From the NCBI GenBank assembly GCA_019307665.1, contig JAFDJC010000001.1, positions 1 to 45,772 of the forward strand: a DNA stretch of 45,772 nt. The letters run 5' to 3'. The position numbers were made by a program, and so were the translations under genes. Under the pieces are notes generated by a model. The model did no database searches. It was not told the origin of the DNA and saw only the letters and a list, made by a program, of their open reading frames with translations. This document shows, piece after piece, positions 16,466 to 26,573 of this stretch. The DNA is from Deltaproteobacteria bacterium. GTDB taxonomy: Bacteria > Desulfobacterota > Desulfobacteria > Desulfobacterales > SURF-7. The first letter of the stretch is position 1, and the number at the start of each line of letters is the position of its first letter.

Positions 16466-18457
16466 TTAGGATTTCTCATCGGCTGATTGGTGGCTCAAGA
16501 CATCCCTGATAATTTTGGCCATATCACTATGTGAATAAGGTTTGGATACATATTCCCGTATACCCAGTGCCTTAGCTTTTTCCGGGGTAACTGTTTCATG
16601 ATATCCGGTACATAAAACAATCGGAATGTCAGGCTGCATTTCAAGAAGTTTGGTGGAAAGTTCCACGCCTGTCATTCCCGGCATGGTCATATCTGTAATC
16701 ACCAGGTCAACTCCCCCGGATTCCTGCTTAAAGATATCCAAGGCTTCTACGCCTGAAGAGACCGCCGTCACTTTATAACCCATCCATTTCAGCATTCTGC
16801 CGCCTGCATCACGTAAAGCTTCCTCATCATCAACAAACAGAATTTGATTGTTTCTGTCGGCAAGCGGTGAATTGCTCTCCATCTCTTCAGGCTTGTCATC
16901 TTCTTCAACCGTCGGGAAAAAAATGTTAAATTCGGTTCCTTTTCCCGGTGTACTATCCATTTTCATAGCCCCCTCATGATTTTCAACAATCCCATGGACA
17001 ACCGACAACCCGAGTCCTGTACCCTCCCCCGTGTTTTTAGTTGTAAAAAAAGGATCAAAAATCCGTTGCTGCAAATCTAAAGTAATGCCGTGGCCTGTAT
17101 CTATCACCGTCAGTTTAATAAAATTTCCGGGTCGCAGATTTAATTTTTCAGCCTTGGAATCGTCCAAAGTAACATTTTTCAGGCAGATTTCCAGTATGCC
17201 CCCCTTTTCGCTCATGGCATGCACTGAATTCGTAGAAAGATTGAGTAAAAGTTGCTGTATCTGTGTAGGATTAGCAAGAATCAAACCTGAATCGTCTGAA
17301 GCTTCCAGATGAATAAGTATAGTTGAAGGGAACATGGCCCGCATCATCTTAGCGGTCTCTTTGATAATAGAACTAATATTCAAAGGCCGTTTGTCCACCT
17401 CAGAATTCCTGCTGAATGTCAGTATCTGTTCAACCAGATCTTTGGCACGATGGCTGGCCTGCAAAATCTGCCCCAGCGAATAATTGACTTCGCTTCCTTC
17501 TTCCGATTCATCCAGCGCAAGTTCAGAATTAAGCATTATAGACCCAAGAATATTATTAAAGTCGTGGGCTATTCCTCCTGCCAGTGTTCCAATTGCTTCC
17601 ATCTTCTGAGCATTTTTAAGCCTGGCTTCAAGCATATCCTGAGATGTCATGTCTCTTAAAAAGGTAAGTACCGCCGGTCTCTTCCTCCATGTAACAAGAA
17701 CCTCCTTTGCCTGAAACAGTAATATATTCCCATTTTTACTCTCAGCTTTAAATGAAAAAAGGTCTTCAACTTTCTTTCCGTTAAGTATCGCTGAATAAGC
17801 ATCTATCATCCTGTCTTGATAATCAGGCCTTATAAATTCTATGAATGGGCAGTTTGTAAGCTCATCTTTCGAATATTCGATGAGCGCTAAAAATTGAGGA
17901 TTTGCATATTTAATTATGCCATCCTGAACAATAAGAATTCCTTCTGTTGCATTCTCCACAAGCAGTCTGTATTCTTTCTCGGACTGAAGCAAGGCGTCTT
18001 CGGTAATCTTGCGCCTTGAAATATCTCTTACAATGCCCTTGAATCCTGAAGGTTTGTCATTCCCATCAAAAATTAAAGATATCGATCCTTCCACAAATAA
18101 CTTTTTTCCCTGCTTCTGGATGATTTCAAATTCAAGTCCTTTTACGGATTCTTCTGTGGTATAAACACGGTTAAAAGCTTTTAAAACAGTTTTAGCACTT
18201 TCACGGGTCATGTATTGGCGATTGTTCATGCCGTTCAACTCTTTTCTGAGATATCCCGTCAATTTACACATGGGATCATTGAAGAACGTGAAACTACCAT
18301 TTAAATCGACTTCATAGTACCCATCCTCAAGATCGTTCAGAACGCTTAACAACATCTCCCTTTCCTTCCTGTAATCCACATCGGTTACTTTTTCCATAGG
18401 AACCTGTTTCTGGATTTTGGAAAAGATTTTACCCTTCTGTTTTTCATGCAGTTTCAT
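16466..18457 (-). CDS. Hybrid sensor histidine kinase/response regulator with PAS domains
   Basis: PAS-like repeats, HisKA box (GGIAHDFNNILGSI), HATPase motifs (DTGHGI, GTGLGLS) and a C-terminal receiver (ILFVDDEE...DLVITDMTMPGMTG...SKP). No obvious TM segments. Start at the first ATG (18457). Confidence 0.85.
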   Translation of the reverse strand: MKLHEKQKGKIFSKIQKQVPMEKVTDVDYRKEREMLLSVLNDLEDGYYEVDLNGSFTFFNDPMCKLTGYLRKELNGMNNRQYMTRESAKTVLKAFNRVYTTEESVKGLEFEIIQKQGKKLFVEGSISLIFDGNDKPSGFKGIVRDISRRKITEDALLQSEKEYRLLVENATEGILIVQDGIIKYANPQFLALIEYSKDELTNCPFIEFIRPDYQDRMIDAYSAILNGKKVEDLFSFKAESKNGNILLFQAKEVLVTWRKRPAVLTFLRDMTSQDMLEARLKNAQKMEAIGTLAGGIAHDFNNILGSIMLNSELALDESEEGSEVNYSLGQILQASHRAKDLVEQILTFSRNSEVDKRPLNISSIIKETAKMMRAMFPSTILIHLEASDDSGLILANPTQIQQLLLNLSTNSVHAMSEKGGILEICLKNVTLDDSKAEKLNLRPGNFIKLTVIDTGHGITLDLQQRIFDPFFTTKNTGEGTGLGLSVVHGIVENHEGAMKMDSTPGKGTEFNIFFPTVEEDDKPEEMESNSPLADRNNQILFVDDEEALRDAGGRMLKWMGYKVTAVSSGVEALDIFKQESGGVDLVITDMTMPGMTGVELSTKLLEMQPDIPIVLCTGYHETVTPEKAKALGIREYVSKPYSHSDMAKIIRDVLSHQSADEKS

Positions 18458-18678
18458 TTTTTGCCTTTCTAAAAAAAATATTAAGATGATGAGCTGAGCC
18501 AGAGTGAGGTGTCGCAAAAAAGATTTAACAGAGTTCGAACAATTTTAAATGTCCGCACCATAAAACATAAATTTTGTCCATTCTGTTAAATCGCATTTTT
18601 TTGTCAAGAGGAATATTAGGGATCACATCCCGTTATGGTGGGGACTAATAAATGTTTCCTGCTTCACAGACTGATAGT

Positions 18679-18867
18679 TTATCCAATCTCATGTATTGAT
18701 AATGCCCTGCAAATTTTTTTCACAAGCCTGTTGGGAATTTCTGTGTGCCTTGGAATAGTTTCGGAATGTCCTGTTTGCGGATTACACCACAAAGAATGAC
18801 TGGAGCCCTCTCGTTTGAGGTAACAGCCATTACGTCTGAGATGTTTCAGAAGATAGTTGCGCTTCAT
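18679..18867 (-). CDS. hicA: HicA-family toxin (mRNA interferase)
   Basis: 62 aa. LLKHLRRNGCYLKREGSSHSLWCNP..G.....PRHTEI...LVKKICRAL matches the HicA/YcfA pattern. 4-nt overlap with the upstream hicB. Confidence 0.8.
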   Translation of the reverse strand: MKRNYLLKHLRRNGCYLKREGSSHSLWCNPQTGHSETIPRHTEIPNRLVKKICRALSIHEIG

Positions 18868-19097
18868 TCTATAGCCACTAACTCCGATTGAGCATCATTG
18901 GGAATGGAGCGTAATGTGTCTTGACGGCGGTCTTCGAGAATAAGTTTAATTGCCTCAGACAAATTTAGTATACACGCTTCCTTTGTTTTTCCTTGCCCAT
19001 TCGCACCGGGCAGCTCCGCGCAGTATGCAATATACCAGTCTTCATCTTTTTCTATTATTGCTGTAAATTCATTACGCATGGTGTCTTTTGCCTCCAT
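18864..19097 (-). CDS. hicB: HicB-family antitoxin (UPF0150-like fold)
   Basis: FTAIIEKDEDWYIAYCAELPGANGQGKTKEACILNLSEAIKLILEDR is typical of the HicB N-terminal domain. Paired with hicA. Confidence 0.75.
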   Translation of the reverse strand: MEAKDTMRNEFTAIIEKDEDWYIAYCAELPGANGQGKTKEACILNLSEAIKLILEDRRQDTLRSIPNDAQSELVAIE

Positions 19098-19198
19098 ATT
19101 TATTCAATGAGTTTTATTAGAACACATTCTTTCACTGAGTGCAACGGTACATCGACTGTCTGTTAGTAACAAATAAACTACCGATTATTGGGGGGAAC

Positions 19199-19259
19199 GT
19201 AGTTATAAGTAGAATTTATGCCTGCCCGATAACATCAAGCAGGCACAAGTTATAACTAC
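19199..19259 (-). terminator. Compound hairpin directly after the thiolase stop (possible terminator; no clear U-tract)
   Basis: GTAGTTATAA (19199-19208) pairs with TTATAACTAC (19250-19259). Inner stem: TGCCTGC (19219-19225) with GCAGGCA (19239-19245). Confidence 0.3.
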
Positions 19260-20509
19260 TACATCAACTCTATTGCACATGCCATAGATATGCCGCCGCC
19301 GCCGCAAAGTGTTGCAAGTCCCAAGGATTTTCCCCGGTTTTTCATGGCATAAATCAGTGTGACCATTACCCTGGCACCGGTGGAGCCGACCGGATGGCCA
19401 AGACCTATACCTGAACCATTTACATTGGTTATCTCCCGGTTTAGGCCAAGTTCCTTTTCACATCCAATATACTGCGCTGCAAATGCTTCGTTTACTTCAA
19501 TTAGTTCAAAATCATCGAGTTTAAACTCACTGTTATCAATCAGGTTATTAACAGCCGGCACAGGAGAAAGCCCCATTACAGATGGATGGCACGCTCCCCT
19601 TGCAACCGCTCTTATTTTTGCGATGGGCGTCAAATTCAACTCTTTTGCTTTCTCTGCGGACATAATGATCATACCCGTGGACCCATCGTTTAGTCCACTG
19701 GAATTTCCTGCAGTCACTTTTCCTGTCTTTGGCACAAAAGCAGCAGGAAGCGACTGAAGTTTTTCAATGGTCATTCCCGGTCTGAAATGCTCGTCCTTAT
19801 CAAAAACAAGGGGCGGTTTTTTTCTTTGTGGAACTTCTATAGGTGTTATTTCATCCTTGAAAGATCCGTCATTGGTTGCTCGTTCCGCTTCATTATGGCT
19901 TCTTAGTGCCACTTCATCCATCTCTTCTCTGCTTATATTGAGATGTTGCGCAATGAATTCGGCTGTATGTCCCATAATATAAGGTTTTCCTTTGAAATAA
20001 CACAGCGGCGGCTCTTCTGCATTGACCGGCCCGTTTTCAGGGTGTGGATCTATATATGTACCACAGTGAAGGGCTCGAATCATTGCATCAACAAGAACCT
20101 GGTCCTGCAGACGGCAACCCCATCTGGCACCGGGAATCGTATAGTCCACTCCCGACATATGTTCAACTCCTCCGGCAAGAATAATATCAGCCATACCAGC
20201 CTGAATCATTGCCATGCCCGATATTGCAGCTTCCATACCGGAAATACAGACACGGTTTATCGTGACTGAGGTAACAGTATCAGGAATGCCGGAAAGAAGT
20301 GCGGCAACACGTGTTACGTTTAAAGAATCCGCGGGTTCGATACAGCATCCGTATCTGATATCATCAATCATTGCCGAATCAATTCCAGCCCGTTTGATCG
20401 CTTCTTTCATGGTTATGCTTGCAATTGTTGCGGCATTCATATCCCGCAATGTTCCGCCGAAAGTACCGATAGCTGTCCGGCACGCTGATACGATTACAAC
20501 TTCTTTCAT
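19259..20509 (-). CDS. Acetyl-CoA C-acyltransferase (thiolase)
   Basis: VIVSACRTAIGTFGG, the active-site region INRVCISGMEA, and the C-terminal NVNGSGIGLGHPVGSTGAR and GLATLCGGGG. Confidence 0.9.
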   Translation of the reverse strand: MKEVVIVSACRTAIGTFGGTLRDMNAATIASITMKEAIKRAGIDSAMIDDIRYGCCIEPADSLNVTRVAALLSGIPDTVTSVTINRVCISGMEAAISGMAMIQAGMADIILAGGVEHMSGVDYTIPGARWGCRLQDQVLVDAMIRALHCGTYIDPHPENGPVNAEEPPLCYFKGKPYIMGHTAEFIAQHLNISREEMDEVALRSHNEAERATNDGSFKDEITPIEVPQRKKPPLVFDKDEHFRPGMTIEKLQSLPAAFVPKTGKVTAGNSSGLNDGSTGMIIMSAEKAKELNLTPIAKIRAVARGACHPSVMGLSPVPAVNNLIDNSEFKLDDFELIEVNEAFAAQYIGCEKELGLNREITNVNGSGIGLGHPVGSTGARVMVTLIYAMKNRGKSLGLATLCGGGGISMACAIELM

Positions 20510-20541
20510 TTCTTCATCTCCTTTAGTCCAATGTATTTTGA

Positions 20542-21771
20542 TTAAATTTCCCTAAGCCCTTCTATAGGAACAAGTCTTGATGCCAGACGGGCAGGATAGA
20601 GACTTGCGATAAAACAAATGGCAAATGCAGCCAACGTAATCACAAAAATATCGAACCCTTCTAACCGGACCGGAAGTGTCGTAAAGTAGTACACATCACC
20701 CGGTAATTCAATAAACTGATAGCGCTTTAATACTTCGCATAAGATACAACCAAGGCTGACACCTAAAGCGTTTCCAACCATTCCTATTACCAGGCCTTTC
20801 AGCATAAATATCCGTCGAATATTTTTTTTTGTCGCACCCATCGCCATTAGTATTGCAATGTCTTTTATTCTCTCCATCACCATCATAAAAAGTGATCCGG
20901 CTATGTTCAAAGCAGCGACCAGAATGATCAAAATTAAAATTATAAACATGACGGATTTCTGTAGTTTAAGTGCAGAAAAAATATTTCTGTTCATCTTTAT
21001 CCAGCTTGTTGTCCAATAAGCAGGCTCAAGAGCCGACTCTATCTCTCGGACAACCTGATTCGCTTTTAAAGGCTCAGCCAACTTCACTTCCACTCCGGTA
21101 ACCACGTCGGTCTTGAAGCCAAGAATATGTCTGGCATCATCAAGCCGTATGAGTGCAACCGATTTATCATACTCGTCATAACCGGAGTCCGTAATGTCCG
21201 TCACAATGAAACGCTTCATTGCCGGAATGTGGCCTATTGAAAAATTAAACTCATTGGAAAAGAGCATATATAATAGAGTGTCACCTTTTTTCACCTTGAG
21301 TTCTTCAGCAAGAGATTTGCCGAGAGTAATGAAAGGGATAGCACTGTTTTCATTTTGTTCAGAATGTTGTTTGGGAGAGTGCCCGGCAGTTGCATGTTGC
21401 AAACCTGCTTTAAATTCAGAGCCGACACCCTTTAAAAAAGCTCCGCTCATACCTGAAGCCGAACGCAATACAATTCTTTTATGGATGAACGGTGAAACGG
21501 ATTTGATGCCATTAATATTTTGAATCTGACCGGCTATATTTTCCCAATTAGAAAAAAATCCACTCCGGTGCATGACAATAACATGGGGTTGCGAGCCGAG
21601 TATCCGGGTTCTCAGATCATATTCCGCACCTGTCATTACAGCAATGACAACAATGAGTGTCATTACACCGACGGCCACTCCGGCCACTGACAGAAAAGTT
21701 GTCAGCGATATAAATGCATGCTTCTGCCGGTTAACCAAATATCTGAACCCAGTAAAAAGCTCAAAATACAT
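20542..21771 (-). CDS. Lipoprotein-releasing ABC transporter permease (LolC/LolE family)
   Basis: FtsX-like permease topology. The N-terminus FELFTGFRYL..R....ISL resembles LolC/E, and the C-terminus is a MacB/FtsX domain. ATG 21771 lies 1 nt after the topA stop. Confidence 0.8.
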   Translation of the reverse strand: MYFELFTGFRYLVNRQKHAFISLTTFLSVAGVAVGVMTLIVVIAVMTGAEYDLRTRILGSQPHVIVMHRSGFFSNWENIAGQIQNINGIKSVSPFIHKRIVLRSASGMSGAFLKGVGSEFKAGLQHATAGHSPKQHSEQNENSAIPFITLGKSLAEELKVKKGDTLLYMLFSNEFNFSIGHIPAMKRFIVTDITDSGYDEYDKSVALIRLDDARHILGFKTDVVTGVEVKLAEPLKANQVVREIESALEPAYWTTSWIKMNRNIFSALKLQKSVMFIILILIILVAALNIAGSLFMMVMERIKDIAILMAMGATKKNIRRIFMLKGLVIGMVGNALGVSLGCILCEVLKRYQFIELPGDVYYFTTLPVRLEGFDIFVITLAAFAICFIASLYPARLASRLVPIEGLREI

Positions 21772-21772
21772 T

Positions 21773-24037
21773 CTATTGTTCCTGGAAATCGCACTCTTTA
21801 TTAACACATTTCAGAAAAGTGCCTAGCTTTTTGGTCGTTTTTTCAACAACAAATTCCGCCCCACACTCCGGGCATTCTTTATCAACAGGTTTATCCCATA
21901 AGGCATAGCTGCACTCAGGGTACTTACTGCACCCGTAAAACACTTTTCCTCTTTTTGATTTTCTTTCAACAAGCTCACCGCCGCATCCGTCTTCAGGACA
22001 TTTGACGCCTGTTGTTTTACCGTTACCGCCGTTAACAGATCTTGTGTTTTTACATTCAGGATACCCTGAACATGCCAGAAACTGTCCATACCGGCCGTGC
22101 TTTACCATCATCGGCTTGCCGCACTTTTCACACTCCTCGCCCTCTGCAATTTCCTGAGATGGCTCCACAGGTTGTATATTACCTTTTTCGTCCCTTGTGA
22201 AATCTCTAGAATATGTGCAATCAGGATATCCGTCACATGATAAAAATGGACCGTTTTTGCCTACCTTGACACGGGCCTCTTTACCACAATCCGGACAGTC
22301 AAGGCCTGTGGGGAAACCCACGCCCCTGACGCTGATCATGCCTTCTTTTGCAAAATCAAGTTTGTCGCTGAAAGGCTTGTAAAACCTACTTAATACATCA
22401 ATAAAATCCTGTTCCGCTGCTTCAATTTTATCCAGATCTTCTTCAAGTTTGGCTGTAAATTCAACATCAAAAATATCCGGGAAGCTTGCAACCAGAAGAT
22501 CGTTTACAATAAACCCGAGTTCATTCGGTCTGAAATAACGGTTAACCATGTCAACATAACCCTTGTCTCTTATGGTGCCAAGAATATTGGCATATGTACT
22601 TGGCCGACCGATTCCGTTTTCTTCCAGTTCCTTCACAAGTGAAGCCTCGGAAAACCTTGGAGGAGGCTGGGTAAAATGCTGTTTTGGATCAAGTTTGATA
22701 AGTTTCAGGGCATCTCCTTCTGAAAATTCAGGAAGCATCTGTTTCCCCTTGCCCTCCTGCTCAGCAGTATCTGCAGACATATAAAGAGTCATAAAGCCTG
22801 GAAACTTAACAGTAGAACCGCTTACATTAAAGGTGAAAGCACCGGCACCTATGGAAACCGTTTTCTGGTCTATAAGCGCCTGAGTCATCTGGGAGGCAAG
22901 AAAACGCTTCCATATCAACGTATAAAGATCAAGCTGATCTTTTGAAAGGTGAGGCGCCAACTTTTCAGGCGTATTATAAACCGATGTCGGCCTAATCGCT
23001 TCATGGGCATCCTGAGCCTTATTTTTATTCTTAAAAGCCCTGGGTTTGTTAATGACATATTGTTTCCCAAATCTTTCATTAATCAGCTTTAACGCTTCTT
23101 GAGCAGCCTCATCTGCTATACGTACTGAATCGGTACGCATGTATGTGATCAACCCCTCAGGTTCAGAGGGTCCCAGATCGACACCTTCATACAGCTGCTG
23201 TGCGACCATCATGGTCTTTTTTGCCGTAAATCTCAGCTTCCCGATTGATTCCTGCTGAAGCTTGCTTGTGATAAACGGCGGGAGGGGGTTACGCTTGATG
23301 GTTTTTTTCATAACCCTGGTGACTTTGAACTGAACCCCGGACAGGTCGGCAAGAATAGCGTTTGCTGTCTTCTCATCAGGAATCTTTACCTTTTCACCGT
23401 TCTTCTTTACAAGTTTTGCTTCAAACGACGGCGGCGCATTGTCTTCAAGGATGGCGGTAACCGACCAGTACTCTTCAGGTTCAAAGGCCTGAATTGCCCT
23501 TTCTCGCTCACAAATAATTCTGACCGTGACCGACTGCACACGTCCGGCACTCAACCCCCTTTGAACTTTTTCCCAAAGGAGAGGAGAAACCTGATAGCCC
23601 ACAAGGCGATCTAAAATTCTCCTGGCCTGCTGGGCGTCATATTTATCGTGGTCAAGTTCCTTGGGTGACCCAATGGCATCCAATATGCCTTTTTTGGTCA
23701 ACTCATGAAAAAGGATACGATAAAACTGTCGCCCTTTCTTCTTCAATATTTCAGCAGTATGATAGGCAATGGCTTCTCCCTCACGGTCGGGGTCAGGGGC
23801 AAGATAGATATCAGATGCATTGGCTGCAGCCGCCTTTAATGATTTGATTGCTTTTTGCTTGCCCTCGATATTTACATATTTGGGTTTGAATTTATTCTCT
23901 ATGTCAATTCCTACTTCCTTTGGAGGCAGGTCTCTGATATGCCCGTAGGTTGAAGTAACGTTATATTTATTTTCTATGTATTTTTTGATCGTCCTTACTT
24001 TTGTAGGCGATTCTACGATGATCAATGGTTTTGACAC
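21773..24037 (-). CDS. topA: DNA topoisomerase I
   Basis: Toprim N-terminus LIIVESPTKVRTIKKY. Active-site region GLITYMRTDS. Several C-terminal CxxC...CxxC zinc ribbons. GTG start with AGAGGGGA upstream, 2 nt after the dprA stop. Confidence 0.95.
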   Translation of the reverse strand: MSKPLIIVESPTKVRTIKKYIENKYNVTSTYGHIRDLPPKEVGIDIENKFKPKYVNIEGKQKAIKSLKAAAANASDIYLAPDPDREGEAIAYHTAEILKKKGRQFYRILFHELTKKGILDAIGSPKELDHDKYDAQQARRILDRLVGYQVSPLLWEKVQRGLSAGRVQSVTVRIICERERAIQAFEPEEYWSVTAILEDNAPPSFEAKLVKKNGEKVKIPDEKTANAILADLSGVQFKVTRVMKKTIKRNPLPPFITSKLQQESIGKLRFTAKKTMMVAQQLYEGVDLGPSEPEGLITYMRTDSVRIADEAAQEALKLINERFGKQYVINKPRAFKNKNKAQDAHEAIRPTSVYNTPEKLAPHLSKDQLDLYTLIWKRFLASQMTQALIDQKTVSIGAGAFTFNVSGSTVKFPGFMTLYMSADTAEQEGKGKQMLPEFSEGDALKLIKLDPKQHFTQPPPRFSEASLVKELEENGIGRPSTYANILGTIRDKGYVDMVNRYFRPNELGFIVNDLLVASFPDIFDVEFTAKLEEDLDKIEAAEQDFIDVLSRFYKPFSDKLDFAKEGMISVRGVGFPTGLDCPDCGKEARVKVGKNGPFLSCDGYPDCTYSRDFTRDEKGNIQPVEPSQEIAEGEECEKCGKPMMVKHGRYGQFLACSGYPECKNTRSVNGGNGKTTGVKCPEDGCGGELVERKSKRGKVFYGCSKYPECSYALWDKPVDKECPECGAEFVVEKTTKKLGTFLKCVNKECDFQEQ

Positions 24038-24039
24038 TA

Positions 24040-25149
24040 TTATTCCCCTCTTACTGAAAAAAATTTACCAGGAGACTGATCAACAATCCCTTTGAGTTCA
24101 AGCTGCAAAAGGAGTCCGGACAATTTTCCCGCCTCCAGCCCTATTTTACGTACAAGTGAATCAATATGCATCGGGTAAGACTCCAGTGCTGTAAAAACTA
24201 TTTCTTCATCAGGTTCAAGAGCACATTTAAAGCTTTTAACCCCGTTATTCCCGACATTTTTACGACTTTCATTCTCTATTAAAAAATGAGGGAGCTCCTC
24301 TATTACATCGTCAACGTTTTCCACAAGTTTTGCCCCCTGCTTCAGCAAAGAATGCGTCCCCACGCTTTTTGCTGACTTGATACTTCCCGGCACTGCAAAA
24401 ACCTCTTTTCCCTGCTCAGCGGCAAGTCTCGCGGTAATCAGAGCACCGCTTCTTTTTGCCGCCTCCACAACAACAGTCCCGAGGGACATACCACAAATTA
24501 TCCTATTACGTAAGGGAAAATTTCGTGCATCCGGTCTCATCATCATCGGAAATTCGGAAATCACTGCCCCATTTTCCGATATTTCATGAAAAAGTTTTTC
24601 ATTTTCAGCAGGATATATCCTGGCAAGACCGCTTCCGAGCACAGCTATGGTCTTTCCTCCGGCTGCCAGGGCACCTTTGTGAGCTGCAGTATCTATCCCC
24701 TTTGCCATGCCGCTGACAACCCATAGTTGCCGGGAAGCAAGTTCTTTGCTCAACTGCATGGCTGTTGAAATACCGTAGTCGGTAGCTGACCTTGATCCTA
24801 CGACAGCGATACTGTTCATATTGTTATCAAGAAAACCGTAAACATAAATAACCGGGGGTGGGTCCGGCAGTTGCAAAAGAAGAGAAGGATAATTATTATC
24901 CGTCATTGTTACAATTTTTATATTTTTTTCTGCTGCGATATCCAGATCTTTTTTTACAAAGGCCGGCAGTTTGCGAGCCCTGACAGCCGCCGCGATACGC
25001 CCGCTAATACCTTCAATCTTCGTTAATTCCGCAGATGATGCAGTGAAAATCTTTTCAGGAGAACCAAAGCGGTCTACTAGTCGTTTAAAGTTATAGTTGC
25101 CCACTCCAGGCGTATGTTTTAAGGTAAACCAAGACAAAAGATCTTTCAT
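24040..25149 (-). CDS. dprA: DNA-processing protein DprA (Smf)
   Basis: IAVVGSRSATDYG, SGMAKGIDTAAHKGAL, GKTIAVLGSGL..IYP.EN and the C-terminal winged-helix-like tail. The classic dprA-topA linkage is present. Confidence 0.9.
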   Translation of the reverse strand: MKDLLSWFTLKHTPGVGNYNFKRLVDRFGSPEKIFTASSAELTKIEGISGRIAAAVRARKLPAFVKKDLDIAAEKNIKIVTMTDNNYPSLLLQLPDPPPVIYVYGFLDNNMNSIAVVGSRSATDYGISTAMQLSKELASRQLWVVSGMAKGIDTAAHKGALAAGGKTIAVLGSGLARIYPAENEKLFHEISENGAVISEFPMMMRPDARNFPLRNRIICGMSLGTVVVEAAKRSGALITARLAAEQGKEVFAVPGSIKSAKSVGTHSLLKQGAKLVENVDDVIEELPHFLIENESRKNVGNNGVKSFKCALEPDEEIVFTALESYPMHIDSLVRKIGLEAGKLSGLLLQLELKGIVDQSPGKFFSVRGE

Positions 25150-25232
25150 GTGATGTGCCAAGTATATTACAACAACTTATATTTCCGTTTATTTTTCCTT
25201 GAATTGGGCAAGTGATCAGTTTGGGACAGACG

Positions 25233-25580
25233 TTATTTTATCTTCTTTAACATCATCTCAGCCTTGGTTCCGGCAGGGCTAAACGGATAATTCTTTACAA
25301 CTTTTTTAAGATAAATGCGTGCATTCTCCCTGTCACCCACCGACAGATATGCATAGCCCGTTTTCAGCATTGCATCCGGAACCTTGCTGCCATCTTGATA
25401 TTCACCAATTACCCTTTGAAAGGTCGCAATTGCCTTTGAAAAATTTTTCACGGCATCTCTGCATTCCCCTTCCCAGTAAAGAGCATTGTCTGCAAGTTCA
25501 TGGTCAGGGTATTCAGGATTTTGATCCGTGCCATGCCAAAAGAATCGGGCTGGCAACAAAAATCGAAGAGTAGGTCCCAA
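25233..25580 (-). CDS. YbgF/CpoB-like TPR protein, apparently lacking its N-terminal half (fragment or short paralogue)
   Basis: YPDHELADNALYWEGECRDAVKNFSKAIATFQRVIGEYQDGSKVPDAMLKTGYAYLSVGDRENARIYLKKVVKNYP matches the C-terminal TPR part of YbgF. The only ATG (25580) lies 68 nt inside secF, and no signal peptide or coiled coil is present. Confidence 0.45.
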   Translation of the reverse strand: MGPTLRFLLPARFFWHGTDQNPEYPDHELADNALYWEGECRDAVKNFSKAIATFQRVIGEYQDGSKVPDAMLKTGYAYLSVGDRENARIYLKKVVKNYPFSPAGTKAEMMLKKIK

Positions 25581-26547
25581 CCAAAATACCTATTATCAAC
25601 GCAAAAGCAAAATCGTGAATAATGCCTCCTCCGAGCAGGAACAGGCTGACAACAACCGCAAGCGTGGTCAGGGATGTAAGGATAGTTCTGCTCAGGGTTT
25701 CATTGATGCTCCTGTTAATGTTGTTATCAAGCGCCTTTTTGTTAAATTTCTTTAGATTTTCCCTTATTCGGTCAAAAACAATAATCGTGTCATTAAGTGA
25801 ATATCCAATGATTGTAAGAAGAGCAGCAATAATCGGCAATGTAAATTCTTTGTCAAAAATAGAAAAAACACCTACTGTTATGGTAACATCATGGATCAAA
25901 GCGACAATAGCCCCCATGGCATATTTAAGCTCAAAAATCCAAAAAACAATCAGGGCGACCACCAGCGCGGCTGCAATAAGAATCGGTATACTGACATTAA
26001 ACAGTGATAGAACATAAACCGCTCCTATAAGAACAGTCGCAACAACGCCGCTTAAAACCCATTTCAGTTCAAATCTTCCGGAAATATATATGGTGATGAA
26101 AAGCAGTGCGTAAAACATGGCAAAAAGCGCTTTTTCCCTCAGGTCTTTTCCGACCTGCGGACCCACCATTTCAACACGCCTGATATCTGCTTTCTGCCCT
26201 GTTGATGAATTCAATGCCTCTTCAACATCAACAGTAAACCCTTCGGATGTTGTAATCGGTTTGTTTGTCCTTATAAGGTACTCATTTTCGTCCTGGCTTC
26301 CAAAACTCTGGACAGAGGACTTTCCGAGTCCAACAGCATTAAGTCCTGATTTAATATCTCTAATCTCAGCAGGTTGAAAAAATTTAATCTGTATCAAAGT
26401 ACCGCCCGCAAAGTCGACACCAAACTTTGGTCCACCTTTTATGACTAATGAACCGATACTTACAATAATAATAATGATTGAAAGAAAAAAAGCTGTTTTC
26501 TTTTTCCCGATAAAATCGATGTTTATGTCAGGCTTGATAAACTGCAT
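25513..26547 (-). CDS. secF: Protein translocase subunit SecF
   Basis: IDFIGKKK...GVDFAGGT N-terminus, SLNDTIIVFDRIREN motif, six TM segments. Follows secD. Confidence 0.9.
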   Translation of the reverse strand: MQFIKPDINIDFIGKKKTAFFLSIIIIIVSIGSLVIKGGPKFGVDFAGGTLIQIKFFQPAEIRDIKSGLNAVGLGKSSVQSFGSQDENEYLIRTNKPITTSEGFTVDVEEALNSSTGQKADIRRVEMVGPQVGKDLREKALFAMFYALLFITIYISGRFELKWVLSGVVATVLIGAVYVLSLFNVSIPILIAAALVVALIVFWIFELKYAMGAIVALIHDVTITVGVFSIFDKEFTLPIIAALLTIIGYSLNDTIIVFDRIRENLKKFNKKALDNNINRSINETLSRTILTSLTTLAVVVSLFLLGGGIIHDFAFALIIGILVGTYSSIFVASPILLAWHGSKS

Positions 26548-26573
26548 TAATCGAAATCCTTTATTATACTCGT

